Origin: Deltaproteobacteria bacterium HGW-Deltaproteobacteria-8
GTDB lineage: Bacteria; Desulfobacterota; Desulfovibrionia; Desulfovibrionales; Desulfovibrionaceae
Direction: 5' to 3'
DNA length: 64,000 bases
Assembly: GCA_002840405.1 (NCBI GenBank)
Contig: PHAR01000005.1
Coordinates: 11,894-75,893, forward strand
The notes under the pieces are model-generated. The model did no database searches. It was not told the origin of the DNA and saw nothing but the letters and a program-made list of their open reading frames with translations. A program made the translations under genes and the position numbers. The number at the start of each line of letters is the position of its first letter. Within the stretch, counting starts at the first letter, position 1. Below, piece by piece: positions 8,921 to 19,418 of this stretch.

Positions 8921-10366
8921 ATGCGCATGCACACGTTGCCGACGGCAATTCGCCTGGTCAGCCTGGTCATCCTGCTCACGCTTGCGGCCTGTGTGGGCAT
9001 CAAATACACGGACCAGCCTCTGACCTCGGTGGACCTTACGGAACCAGGCGCAACCAACGGGGTGGGCACCAGGGTCCTGGCCCAGGCCGGGGAATGGCGC
9101 AATACCGGGGTACTGGTGAAGCAGGGCGCGGTCTACGCCCTCTCGTCCAGCGGGCGCTGGCGGGCCTGGCCCGGCTGTATATGGACCGACGCCGACGGTC
9201 TCGGCATGTACACCGGGCTGTGCCTTGACCTGGGCGGGACCATTCTCAAGGGCTGGACCCACCAGGCGCTCATTGCCAGGATCGGGGAGGCCGGCGCACC
9301 CTTTGCCGTGGGCAAGTCCCTCCGGTTCACCGCCCCGGCGGACGGGCCGCTGTATCTGCACATCAACGAGCATGACGGAGGCGTCTGGGACAACGAGGGC
9401 TACATGGACGTGACTATCGCCCTGGCCGCTCCCCAAGCTCCTGCCTTGGCCCAGGCTGCGCTTTCTGCTGCCCCACCTGCTGCCCCAGCCGCGCCGCCCG
9501 TCCAGCAGGCTCCTGGCGCGCGCGCCAAGAAGAAGGCCAGCTCCGCCGCTGCGGCGCAGGTCCAACCGCCCTTTGCCCAGCCCTCCCAGCCCGCGCCCGT
9601 GGCCGCCTCCATGCCGGAGTTCCAAATCCCGGAGCCCCTGCCTGAGGCGGCCCTGGCGTACCAGCCCCCGGCGCCAAAATCTGGCCTGCGCCGCGTGGCC
9701 CTGGTCATCGGCAACGGGGCCTACCCCAGCGCGCCGCTGAAGAATCCCGTCCACGACGCCCGCGACATGGCCCGCACCCTGCGTGGCCTGGGCTTCGAGG
9801 TCATCCTGCGCGAGAACGCCTCCCTGCGGCAGATGGAGGAAGCCGTGGACGAGCTCTGGAAGCGGCTCAGGGCTGGCGGCGCGGGCCTGTTCTTCTTCGC
9901 CGGGCACGGACTGCAGGTGGCCGGGCGCAACTACCTGGTGCCTGTGGACGCGCGGCTCCAGGCCGAGCAGGACGTCAAGTACCGCTGCATGGACGCCGGG
10001 CTGGTGCTGGGGCGCATGGAGAACGCGGGCAACCAGCTCAACATCGTCATCCTCGACGCCTGCCGCAACAATCCCTTTGCGCGCAGCTTCCGCTCCACGC
10101 AGGAGGGGCTGGCCAAGATGGACGCGCCCAAGGGCTCGCTGGTGGCCTACGCCACGGCCCCGGACTCCGTGGCGGCGGACGGCACGGGCAAGAACGGCAT
10201 CTACACCGGCCAGCTCTTGCGACACCTGCGCACCCCGGGCATCGGCATCGAGGAGCTGTTCAAGCGTGTGCGCATCGGCGTGCTGGGCGAAACCGGCGAA
10301 AAGCAGGTGCCCTGGGAGGCCTCGTCCCTGACCGGCTACTTCACCTTCAATGAGGGCGGGCAGTAG
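8921..10366 (+). CDS. Caspase-family (peptidase C14) lipoprotein with an N-terminal lectin-like beta domain
   Basis: Lipobox LAAC, RVALVIGN, LKNPVHDA, FFAGHG (His), ILDACR (Cys), QVPW. GGAGG RBS. Confidence 0.85.
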   Translation: MRMHTLPTAIRLVSLVILLTLAACVGIKYTDQPLTSVDLTEPGATNGVGTRVLAQAGEWRNTGVLVKQGAVYALSSSGRWRAWPGCIWTDADGLGMYTGLCLDLGGTILKGWTHQALIARIGEAGAPFAVGKSLRFTAPADGPLYLHINEHDGGVWDNEGYMDVTIALAAPQAPALAQAALSAAPPAAPAAPPVQQAPGARAKKKASSAAAAQVQPPFAQPSQPAPVAASMPEFQIPEPLPEAALAYQPPAPKSGLRRVALVIGNGAYPSAPLKNPVHDARDMARTLRGLGFEVILRENASLRQMEEAVDELWKRLRAGGAGLFFFAGHGLQVAGRNYLVPVDARLQAEQDVKYRCMDAGLVLGRMENAGNQLNIVILDACRNNPFARSFRSTQEGLAKMDAPKGSLVAYATAPDSVAADGTGKNGIYTGQLLRHLRTPGIGIEELFKRVRIGVLGETGEKQVPWEASSLTGYFTFNEGGQ

Positions 10367-10488
10367 CGCTCCGGCCTGAAACAGGCGGCCCTGAGGCCGC
10401 CCGCCTTGCCCAAAAAACGCGCACGGCCCGGCTTCCCCACAAGGGGGCGGCCGGGCCGTGCGCGTTTTTCCTGCCTCAGGGGCCGGCG

Positions 10489-11733
10489 CTACGCGCTCAG
10501 AAACTCCAGGCAGAGGATGCAGGGCACGTTCTCGCGGTTGTAGAAGCGCGCGGAGATGGTGCAGGCGGGCACGCGGGCGTGGATGGAGATGAACGGCTGG
10601 GACACGTACTTGTCGAAGCCGCTCTTCAGGTGCAACACATCCTCGCGGATGCTCATGTCCTCGCCCTTGCCGCGCTCCGGGCCGAGCATGGGGGTCTCGC
10701 CCACGAGGCTCTTCTTGAAGGCGCGCGGAGTGATTTGCACCCCGTTGTCGTCGAGCACGTAGACGCACAAAAGACTTTCCTCGGCGTTGGCGTAGCGATC
10801 GGTGACGGCGGGAAAGTCATGGAGGATGGTCTCGCCCAGCTTGCTGCCCACCTTGCGCAAAATCTTGTGGAAGTCCTCGAAGCGTTTGCGCTTCCCGGCC
10901 ACCTCGGCCTGGGCGCGCTCGCGGAACCTGCGGTTGATCTCCTCGACTTTGATGAGGAAGGCGCGGATGGGGTCCTTCTCCTGGCAGTCCTTGTCCTTGG
11001 TGTAGCAATAGCCCTGCTGGATGTTCACGCCCCATTCGAGCAGGCGCGTGGCCTCCTCCTCGGTCTCCACGTTCTTGGCCACCACCACGCTGCCCAACCG
11101 TTCGGCCATGCGGCACAGGCCGGTCACCATCTCGCGCTTGAACTCCTTGCCCTCCACGTCGGTGTACGACGCGCGGTCGAGCTTGATGTAGTCGGGCTTG
11201 AGGGAGAAGAGCTCCTCGGTGGGAGCGGAAAGCCCGTCCATGGCGTCGATGGACAGCTTGAAGCCGCGCTCGCGATAGAACTGCACGAAGCGGTAGACCT
11301 CCTGGGAGCTCAGCCCGGGCCGCTCCAGCTCGATGATGACGCGCCGCCCGTCCAGCCCCATGGCCTTGCAGATGGCGGCGAGATGGCCGGGATTTTCGGC
11401 CGCGGTTATGCCGATGGCGTCCACGTTCAGGAATATCTGCATGTGCGGGTGGCGCTCGGCGATGGGGCGAAAGGCCTCCAAGGCCTTGCGTCGACAGAGG
11501 CGGCACAGGCGCAGGCGCACGGCTGGGGACCAGGGCTGGGCGAAGAGGTCCTGGGCGTCCAGGCGCGCGCCCTCGCCGCCGATGCTGCGCGAGAAGGCCT
11601 CAAAACCCAGGATGGACTTGCCGCGCACGCTGACCACGGGCTGGAAGAACACGGCGATCTTCTCGTCGGTCAGAACCTTCTCGATGTCTGCCCCTGCCGG
11701 GCGGGACAGAGGTTCCTCAAGAGACTTGGACAT
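10489..11733 (-). CDS. EAL-domain protein with a YkuI-like C-terminal domain (degenerate motifs)
   Basis: FQPVV, FEAFSR, IDAMDG, VETEEE and QQGY motifs, followed by a C-terminal PAS-like domain. Confidence 0.8.
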   Translation of the reverse strand: MSKSLEEPLSRPAGADIEKVLTDEKIAVFFQPVVSVRGKSILGFEAFSRSIGGEGARLDAQDLFAQPWSPAVRLRLCRLCRRKALEAFRPIAERHPHMQIFLNVDAIGITAAENPGHLAAICKAMGLDGRRVIIELERPGLSSQEVYRFVQFYRERGFKLSIDAMDGLSAPTEELFSLKPDYIKLDRASYTDVEGKEFKREMVTGLCRMAERLGSVVVAKNVETEEEATRLLEWGVNIQQGYCYTKDKDCQEKDPIRAFLIKVEEINRRFRERAQAEVAGKRKRFEDFHKILRKVGSKLGETILHDFPAVTDRYANAEESLLCVYVLDDNGVQITPRAFKKSLVGETPMLGPERGKGEDMSIREDVLHLKSGFDKYVSQPFISIHARVPACTISARFYNRENVPCILCLEFLSA

Positions 11734-11927
11734 GTAGGTGGACCTCCAGGGCTTGTGGGTGCATACCCGTAAAAATACGTATATAGAAAAAGCCCCCACC
11801 AGACAACGGGAATTTGCATACCCATTGGTCCGAGACAAGAAAGTTGCTGTACATAATGACAATCGTGGAGTACTCCCTTTAATTGAGCCTCCTTTCTTGG
11901 ACACATTGCTGGTGGTATAGGAGCGCG

Positions 11928-14096
11928 ATGGTGGGCAAAGCAGAGTGCGTTGTGGAGACGATTGACGTCCTCGCCGTGGACGATGAGCAGGTTAACCTGC
12001 TGCTGTTGTCGGGACTGCTCCGTCGCCAAGGGGTCAACCTCATCACCGCCCGCAGCGGTTTCGATGCTCTGAAGCTTCTGGCCAAGCACGACTTCGCCCT
12101 CATCCTCATGGACGTGATGATGCCCGGCATGGACGGCTTCACCACCGCCGAGCGCATCCGCGCGGACGAGACCACCCGCCACATCCCCATCATCTTCGTC
12201 ACCGCCATCAGCAAAGAGCAGCGCCACGTCTTCAAGGGCTACGAAACCGGGGCCGTGGACTACCTCATCAAGCCCTTTGAGCACGACATCCTGAAAAGCA
12301 AGGTCCAGGTTTTCGTGGAGCTGCACCGGCAGCGCATGGCCCTCAAGCAGGCTGGCGCCGCGCTGGAGCGAACCGTGGACGAACTCCGGACTTCGGCCAT
12401 CGCCCTTTCCGACAGCCGGTCCCGCTTCCAGAGCCTGTTCACCTCCATGTTTAACGGCTTCGCCGTGCTCTCCTACGTAGAGGGTGCGGAGCCGGGCCTG
12501 GATTTCTCGCGCATTGCGGAGCTCAACCCGGCCATGGAGGAGATCTTCGGGCGCCCGCGCGAAGAGTTGCTGAACAGGAGCATGGGCGAGGTGCTGCCGA
12601 CTCTTGAGGAATGCTGGCACGACTTCGTGGCGCAGGTGGCGCGCTCGGGCAAGCCTGCCCAGTTCGAGGGCTACATGGGCGAGTTGAAGCGCTGGCTGCG
12701 CATCTCGGCCTATGTGCCCGGACCGAACCTGGTGGCCCTGGTGGCCGAGGACATCACCGCCCGGCGCCAGGCCGAGGAGACGCTGCACGAGCGCACCTTC
12801 CAGGACCCCCTGACGGGGCTGGCCAACCGGGCGCTGTTTTTGAACCGCCTGGCGCAGGCCATGGAGCGTTCGCGCCGCAGGCTCAACTACCAGTACGCGG
12901 TCCTCTTCCTCGACCTGGACAGCTTCAAGCCCATCAACAGCAGCCTGGGCTACGCCTCGGGCGACAAGGTCCTGTGCACCGTGGCCGAGCGCATCCAGAG
13001 CATCGCCCGGGGCCTGGACACCGTGGCGCGTTGCGGCCCGGACGAGTTCGGCCTGATCCTGGAGGAGCTGAAGACCCCGGGCGAGGCCTTGCGCGTGGCT
13101 CGGCGCATCAGCCAGGAGCTGGCCAAGCCCCTGGAGATGGACGGACACGTGCTGCACTTCACGGCCAGCATGGGCGTGGTGCTTGGGCCTGCGGAATACG
13201 CCCAGCCCGAGGAGCTCCTGCAGGACGCCGCCCTGGCCATGGAGCATGCCCACGCGCTGGGCGGCGGCAAGATCAAGGTCTTCAAGTGGCCCATGCGCAA
13301 GCGCGCCCAGTACGCCCTCACCGTGCACCAGAGCCTGCACAACGCCCTTGAGCGTGAGGAGTTCCGCCTGCACTACCAGCCCATCTTCAGCCTGGCGGAC
13401 AACACCCTGGCCGGGTTCGAGGCCCTCATCCGCTGGCAGGTGGCGGACCGTCTGGTGTCTCCGAACGACTTCATCCCCCACGCCGAGCAGACCGGGCTCA
13501 TCGTGCCCATCGGCGCCTGGGCCCTCACCGAGGCCTGCCGCGAGGCCGCCAGATGGGAGCGCGACTTCGCCCTGCCAAAGGATTTCAGCATCGCCGTGAA
13601 CCTCTCGGCCAAGCAGTTCGCCCAGCCGGACCTGGTGCGCTACCTGGCCCGCGCTTTAGACGAGTCGGGTCTTGACCCGGCCCGGCTCAAGGTCGAGATC
13701 ACCGAGACATTGGTGATGCAGAACCCGGAGAACGTGGTGCACAAGCTGCGCGGCCTGCGCGAGATGGGCACCAAGGTCAGCATCGACGACTTCGGCACCG
13801 GCTACTCGTCCCTGGCCTATCTGCAGCGCTTCCCCATCAACACGCTCAAGGTCGACCGCAGCTTCGTCTCGGACATGGACGCCTTTGAGAACCTGATCAT
13901 CGTGCGCACCATCGTCAGCCTGGCCCACAACCTGGGCCTGGACGTGGTCGCCGAGGGCATCGAGACCGAGCGCCAGCGCGACTTCCTGGCCGACCTCTCC
14001 TGCGAGTACGGCCAGGGCTACCTGTTCTCCAGGCCCCTGCCCCAGGACCGCGCCCTGGAGATGCTCGGCGTGTGCTGCCCCAATAACAGCGGCTGA
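11928..14096 (+). CDS. REC-PAS-GGDEF-EAL response regulator / phosphodiesterase
   Basis: REC (VDD, LMDVMMP, KP), PAS, GGDEF degenerate as CGPDEF, EAL intact (FEALIRW, IDDFGTGYSSL). Confidence 0.9.
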   Translation: MVGKAECVVETIDVLAVDDEQVNLLLLSGLLRRQGVNLITARSGFDALKLLAKHDFALILMDVMMPGMDGFTTAERIRADETTRHIPIIFVTAISKEQRHVFKGYETGAVDYLIKPFEHDILKSKVQVFVELHRQRMALKQAGAALERTVDELRTSAIALSDSRSRFQSLFTSMFNGFAVLSYVEGAEPGLDFSRIAELNPAMEEIFGRPREELLNRSMGEVLPTLEECWHDFVAQVARSGKPAQFEGYMGELKRWLRISAYVPGPNLVALVAEDITARRQAEETLHERTFQDPLTGLANRALFLNRLAQAMERSRRRLNYQYAVLFLDLDSFKPINSSLGYASGDKVLCTVAERIQSIARGLDTVARCGPDEFGLILEELKTPGEALRVARRISQELAKPLEMDGHVLHFTASMGVVLGPAEYAQPEELLQDAALAMEHAHALGGGKIKVFKWPMRKRAQYALTVHQSLHNALEREEFRLHYQPIFSLADNTLAGFEALIRWQVADRLVSPNDFIPHAEQTGLIVPIGAWALTEACREAARWERDFALPKDFSIAVNLSAKQFAQPDLVRYLARALDESGLDPARLKVEITETLVMQNPENVVHKLRGLREMGTKVSIDDFGTGYSSLAYLQRFPINTLKVDRSFVSDMDAFENLIIVRTIVSLAHNLGLDVVAEGIETERQRDFLADLSCEYGQGYLFSRPLPQDRALEMLGVCCPNNSG

Positions 14097-14251
14097 CGAG
14101 AGGCCCCCCATGAACGCTTTCGCCTCGCCATTCCGTCCACCTCAAGGCTGGCAGCTGAGCGGAGGGTGGTAGTGAGCGCACACACGCCTTTCTCTGCATC
14201 CGTTGCCCGACTAGTGCCGCCTCAGGCAGAACGACCGGCAGGGAGGCCCTC

Positions 14252-16591
14252 TTGAGCCGGCACGCCCCAACCCCCGACCCTGCGGGTGCGCAGGTGTCGC
14301 GCCACCGGCCAGCCAGCCCCCTGTGCAGCCTGCACGTCATGCTCATGGTCCTGGTGGCCCTGGCCCTGGTGCCTGTGCTGGCCCTGTCCTTCTGGGGCTA
14401 CATGTCCGAGCGCGACCACGAGCGGGCCCTCGCTGTGGAGCGCACGGCCCACGCTGCGGGCATGATCGCCGAAGACCTGGCCCAGGAGACGCGCTACATC
14501 CGCCTGTCCCTGGGGCTCATGGCCGCCAGCCCCGAGGTGCGGGCCTGCACCGACTCCCGCAACGCGGCGGACTGCACCGGGGCCTTGGCGAGTTTCGCCA
14601 AGCTGGCCCCGGAATACCTGAACCTGCACCTGGTGCGGCCCGGCGAGCCCATCCTGGCCTCGGCCCGGCCCCTGAAGCACCAGACCAGCCTCGCGAGCAA
14701 CCAGGCCGTCATGGATGCCCTGCACGGGCAGGCCTTTTCCGTGGGCGTGGACTGGCCCGAGGACGACCGGGCCCGCGGGACCGGCGATGTCGTGGTGACT
14801 TACGCCGCACCCGTGCGCGACGCCAAGGGCGACACGGCGCTGGTGCTGGCCGCGCAGATGGCGCCGGCACAGGCCTCCAAGGCCATCCGGAACGCCGGGA
14901 TGCCCGAAGGCACCAGCGTGATCCTGGCTGGGCTGAACGGCCGGATCATCTTGCGCATCCCCGATGCGGCGGGCTACGCTGGGAAAGGCCTGCCGGAGAA
15001 CCACGCCAGCCTCATCCGCAAGGAGGTGCCTCAGTCCTCGGGCTGGGACACCGGTCTGGACGGGGTTGAGCGCTACTACGTCCTGCGGCGGCTGGACATC
15101 GGCGGCGAAACGGTCTGCTACGTGCGCGTGGGCATCCCCAAGAGCGCGGTATATGCCGAGAGCACGGCCAAGCTCGCACGGCATGCGGTGGGGCTCTTGC
15201 TCATCGCCCTGCTGGCGCTGACCCTCACGCGGCTAGGGGCCAGGCGTTACATCCTCTTGCCGGTCACGCGGCTCATGACTGCCGTGCGGGCGCTGGGGGC
15301 GCGCGACTTCACGGCGCGCACGGGCATCGGGCCGAAGGATCCCGGCAGCGCCAGCGAGCTGGGCGAGCTGGCCCGCACCGTTGACAGCATGGCCGAGGAC
15401 CTGGAGCACGCCCAGGCCGAACAGGAGATCTCGCGCAAGGCCCTGCTCGAAAGCGAGGAGCGCCTGCGCGCCGTGTTCAACGCCTCGGCCGATGGGCTTC
15501 TGCTGCTGGTGCCGGATGGCCGGGTGCTGTCCATGAACGAGAGCGCGGCCCGGCGGCGCAACGCCTCCGCGCCGGAACTGATAGGCAAGAACATCCTGGA
15601 CCTCATCCCCAAATACGTGCGCGAGTGCCGCCGGGGGCGTTTCGAGGAGGTGGTGCGCACCCGTGAGCCCCTGCGCTTCGAGGAGGAGCGCGAGGGCCGC
15701 ACTTACGCCATCCGCCTGTATCCTCTCTTCGGCCAGGACGGCACGGTGTGCCAGATCGCCAGCTTCTCCCGCGACATCACCGAGCGCAGGCTCGCCGAGC
15801 GCGCGCTCCTGGCCGCCAAGGCCGCGGCCGAGGCCGCCAGCCAGGCCAAGGACGCCTTTGTGACCAACATGAGCCACGAGCTGCGCACGCCCTTGAACGG
15901 CCTGTCGGGCATGCTCCAGCTCCTGGCCCAGGCCGAACTGTCGCCCGAGCAGCGCGAGTACCTGGGATATGCCCAACAGACCTCCAAGCACCTCACGGAC
16001 CTGATCAGCAGCATCCTGGACTACGCGGCCCTGGGCTCGGGCCAGCTGACCCTGGAGCACAGGCCCTTCACCCTGGCCACCGTACTCACCTCCATTGAGG
16101 CGGAGCTGAGCCCCGTGGCCGAGGCCAAGGACCTGACGCTGGAGGTCCATGGACTCCCATGCGCCCTTGAGCAGATCCTTATGGGTGACCCCCTGCGCCT
16201 GGGCCAGGTCCTGCGGCACCTGCTGGAGAATGCGCTGAAGTTCACCCACCAGGGCGGCGTGACCCTGGACGCGGCGCTGTCCTGCCGGGCCGAGGGCGAC
16301 TGCACCCTGCGCATCCAGGTGCGCGACACGGGCATCGGCATCGCGCCGGAGCAGATGCAGCGGCTCTTCGAGCCCTTTGTGCAGGCCGAGGCCCCTTTGA
16401 CCAAGCACTATCCGGGCACGGGCCTGGGCCTGGCCATCGTGCGCGAACTGTCGGCAAAGATGGGCGGCCACGTGGAGGTCCAGAGCGCCCCTGGCGAGGG
16501 CAGCGCCTTTTCCCTCTGCCTGAGCTTCCAGACCCCGCCCAACGGGCTGACCAAGGCGGACGGAACGGGCGAGGTCTCCGAGCCGACCTAG
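14252..16591 (+). CDS. Cache-HAMP-PAS sensor histidine kinase
   Basis: Two TM helices, HAMP, PAS, H-box MSHELRTPLN and G boxes DTGIG and GTGLGL. TTG start after GGAGG. Confidence 0.9.
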   Translation: MSRHAPTPDPAGAQVSRHRPASPLCSLHVMLMVLVALALVPVLALSFWGYMSERDHERALAVERTAHAAGMIAEDLAQETRYIRLSLGLMAASPEVRACTDSRNAADCTGALASFAKLAPEYLNLHLVRPGEPILASARPLKHQTSLASNQAVMDALHGQAFSVGVDWPEDDRARGTGDVVVTYAAPVRDAKGDTALVLAAQMAPAQASKAIRNAGMPEGTSVILAGLNGRIILRIPDAAGYAGKGLPENHASLIRKEVPQSSGWDTGLDGVERYYVLRRLDIGGETVCYVRVGIPKSAVYAESTAKLARHAVGLLLIALLALTLTRLGARRYILLPVTRLMTAVRALGARDFTARTGIGPKDPGSASELGELARTVDSMAEDLEHAQAEQEISRKALLESEERLRAVFNASADGLLLLVPDGRVLSMNESAARRRNASAPELIGKNILDLIPKYVRECRRGRFEEVVRTREPLRFEEEREGRTYAIRLYPLFGQDGTVCQIASFSRDITERRLAERALLAAKAAAEAASQAKDAFVTNMSHELRTPLNGLSGMLQLLAQAELSPEQREYLGYAQQTSKHLTDLISSILDYAALGSGQLTLEHRPFTLATVLTSIEAELSPVAEAKDLTLEVHGLPCALEQILMGDPLRLGQVLRHLLENALKFTHQGGVTLDAALSCRAEGDCTLRIQVRDTGIGIAPEQMQRLFEPFVQAEAPLTKHYPGTGLGLAIVRELSAKMGGHVEVQSAPGEGSAFSLCLSFQTPPNGLTKADGTGEVSEPT

Positions 16592-16701
16592 GCTCACGCG
16601 GCCCGCCCTCCCTTGCGGACGGGGTCCGGATGGGATAGGAACCCCCATATTTCCTGCGCTGCCGCGACCAGGCGTCTTCGCCCTTCGCGGCCTGGGGGTC
16701 C

Positions 16702-19347
16702 ATGCGCTACGTCGGCATCTTCCTGGTCTGTCTCTCCTCCATCGCGTTTGAGATTTTCCTCGTGCGCCACTTCGCCATCACCAGCTGGTCGGAGTACGGT
16801 TACTGGGTCATCTCCATGGCCATGGCCGGATACTCGGTCAGCGGCGTGGTGCTCTGCCTCTTCGGTTCGGCCTTTCAGCGCCACGCGGGCGCCCTGTTCT
16901 TCGGCCTGCCCGTGGCCATGCTGCTGCTTTTGTCCGGCGGCTACGCCGCCCTCGGGCTCATCCCCTTCAACCCGCTGGAGCTCCAGAACGAGGTGCTCTG
17001 GCCCGGGCAGCTGGTGAACATCGGCCGGTACTACCTGGCCCTGTTCCCCTTCTTCTTCGCCTCCGGGCTCTACGTGGGCCTGTCGTTTCTGGCGGGCCAG
17101 GAGAACATCCCCAAGGTCTACATGGCCGACCTGGTGGGCGCGGGCCTGGGCGCCGCGGCGCTTCTCTTCTGCATGTCCCTCGTGCACCCTTTTCATGTGC
17201 CGCTGTTCCTGCTGCCGCCGTTGACCCTGGCCGCCCTGACCAGCCTGCCGCGCACAAGGCCCCCTGTCCGCGCCGCACTGGCCGGGCTGGCGCTGCTCTG
17301 CATGGCCGGGGCGGGCTGGGTGGTGCTGTTCCACAACAACGCCGCCTTCAGCCAGTACAAGCCCGTGGCCATGGCCATGAACGTGGAGGACAACCGCGTC
17401 CTGAAGGAGATCCGCTCCGCGCGCGGCTACTACCAGCTGCTGTCGAGCTACCTGGAGCGCCACGACCCGGACCTCTCCAACAACTACGAACTGCTCGGCG
17501 CCGGCGGCCCGCCCCCGGCGCTCGGCCTGTACCGCGACGGGGAGCGGCTGGTCTCCCTGCCCCGGCCAGGGGCCATGGATCTGGGCTACCTGAACGCCGC
17601 CCTGGATTCCCTGCCCTACCTGCTGCGGCCGCAGGGGCGCGTGCTCCTGGCTGGAGGGCGCGGCGGCTTCCGCCCGCGCGAGGCCCTGGAGCTCGGCGCG
17701 GCCTTTGTCGACACAGTGGAGAGCGACCCGGTGCTCCTGGCCATCCTGGCGGCGCATGCCCCTGCCGCTCCGCCTACGAGCTTCGCCTTGCGTCTGCCGC
17801 TGTCGGAGGCCGCCCCCGACACCGAGGCCGGGGCGGAGGCCGTGGCCGAACCCCAGGACAACGCCTCTGCCGAGGCTGCCGCCGGACCTGCCGCCGACCT
17901 CCCCCCTGAAGCCGCCGGGCACGACGCGCCCACGGGCAAGGCCACGCCCCCGCGCCTGGGCTCGCCCCTGGTGCTGGCGGCGAAAGCCGAGGTCCCGTAC
18001 AGCCTCGTGGACGTGTCCCCGGAGTTCCTGGACCAGGGCCAGGCCAACAAGTACCTGCTCACCAGCGAGGGCGTCGCCCGGCTCTTCCAGGCCCTGTCAG
18101 CGGACGGGCTCATCTCGCTGCCCATGGGCATCGGCGAGCTGCCGGTCTACGCGCTCAAGGCCGTGGCCACGGTGCGCCAAGGCCTGCTGCTTGCGGGCGT
18201 GGCCGAGCCCGCCGCGCACATCCTGGTGCTGCGCAGCTCCTTCACCGCGCGCATTCTTGTCTCGCGCCAGGCCTTCAGCCCCCGCGACATCGCCACGGCC
18301 CGGGCCTTTGCCGCGGAGCGCAGCTTCGACACGCCCTATTTCCCCGGCATCGACCCGGCAAAGGTGGAGGTCTACAACGACCTGCCGCCCGTGTCCTTCG
18401 AGACCGGCACCACGGAAGCCGCCAGGCCGGAAGGGGCTGGCGACACAGGAACCGGGGATCCGCGCGCACGCGACGCCCTCATGGACGATCTGGCGGCCTT
18501 CCTGCAACGCGGCGACACCAGCGCGTCCAGCTTCCGCTTCTTCAACCTCGCGCCCAGCACCCAGGACCGGCCCTTCTTCCACGAGATCATCCGGCTGTCG
18601 CGCATCCCGGCGGCCCTGGCGCGCATCGAGCTCTTGCCGCGTCAGGAGATCGGCTACCTGGTCAACGTGGCCGTGCTGGCCCAGGCCGCGCTGTTCGCCC
18701 TCATCGTGTTCCTGCTGCCCATGCTCCGGCGGCGCGGCATGGGCGGCCTGGGCCACGGCGAAGTGCTCTCCGGGTTCGGCTACTTCATGTGCCTGGGCCT
18801 GGGTTTCCTGTTCGTGGAGATCGTGCTCATCGAACGCTTCACCTTCTTTCTCAACGACCCGGCCCTGGCCTTTGCCTTGGTGCTCTCGGCCATGCTCATC
18901 GCCTCGGGGCTGGGCAGCGCCTTCTCCAGCCGCTTCGTGCCCCGGCCGCGCGCCGGCATCCGCCTGGCCTGCGCCGTGGCCGCCACCCTCGCCGCCTTCT
19001 CCGGGCTGCTCCTGCCGCGCCTGCTGGACCTGGCCCTGGCCTGGCCCGACCCGGCCAAGCTGGCCCTGGCCGTGGGCATCGTCGCGCCGCTGGGCTTCTT
19101 CATGGGCATGCCCTTCCCGCTGGCCCTGTCCACCTACCGGGGCGTCAGAAGCCCGTTCATCCCCTGGGCCTGGAGCGTCAACGGCGCCTTGTCCGTGGTC
19201 GCCACGCCGCTCGCCAACATCCTGGCCGTGAGCTGCGGCTACTCCCTGGTCTTTTACGCCTCCCTCGGGCTCTACGCCCTGGCCGGACTCCTCGCCCCCA
19301 CACGCCGGGAGCCCGGGGCAAACGCGCCGGAAGAGAGGCCGGAATAG
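16702..19347 (+). CDS. Spermidine-synthase-like SAM-dependent methyltransferase domain flanked by two membrane domains
   Basis: Seven N-terminal and several C-terminal TM helices, VLLAGGRGG/VDTVESDP central motif, and TQDRPFF. Confidence 0.75.
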   Translation: MRYVGIFLVCLSSIAFEIFLVRHFAITSWSEYGYWVISMAMAGYSVSGVVLCLFGSAFQRHAGALFFGLPVAMLLLLSGGYAALGLIPFNPLELQNEVLWPGQLVNIGRYYLALFPFFFASGLYVGLSFLAGQENIPKVYMADLVGAGLGAAALLFCMSLVHPFHVPLFLLPPLTLAALTSLPRTRPPVRAALAGLALLCMAGAGWVVLFHNNAAFSQYKPVAMAMNVEDNRVLKEIRSARGYYQLLSSYLERHDPDLSNNYELLGAGGPPPALGLYRDGERLVSLPRPGAMDLGYLNAALDSLPYLLRPQGRVLLAGGRGGFRPREALELGAAFVDTVESDPVLLAILAAHAPAAPPTSFALRLPLSEAAPDTEAGAEAVAEPQDNASAEAAAGPAADLPPEAAGHDAPTGKATPPRLGSPLVLAAKAEVPYSLVDVSPEFLDQGQANKYLLTSEGVARLFQALSADGLISLPMGIGELPVYALKAVATVRQGLLLAGVAEPAAHILVLRSSFTARILVSRQAFSPRDIATARAFAAERSFDTPYFPGIDPAKVEVYNDLPPVSFETGTTEAARPEGAGDTGTGDPRARDALMDDLAAFLQRGDTSASSFRFFNLAPSTQDRPFFHEIIRLSRIPAALARIELLPRQEIGYLVNVAVLAQAALFALIVFLLPMLRRRGMGGLGHGEVLSGFGYFMCLGLGFLFVEIVLIERFTFFLNDPALAFALVLSAMLIASGLGSAFSSRFVPRPRAGIRLACAVAATLAAFSGLLLPRLLDLALAWPDPAKLALAVGIVAPLGFFMGMPFPLALSTYRGVRSPFIPWAWSVNGALSVVATPLANILAVSCGYSLVFYASLGLYALAGLLAPTRREPGANAPEERPE

Positions 19348-19348
19348 C

Positions 19349-19405
19349 CGCCTGCGGCCAGGGCTCCGCCCCTGGACCCCGCAGCGGGTGTCTATTAGTA
19401 TACCC
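19349..19405. other. Left junction (attL-like) of the integrated element
   Basis: REP left half ends ...GGACCCCGC at 19382, then switches to AGCGGGTGTCTATTAGTATACCC. Confidence 0.75.
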
Positions 19406-19418
19406 TGCTGGCTTGGGG

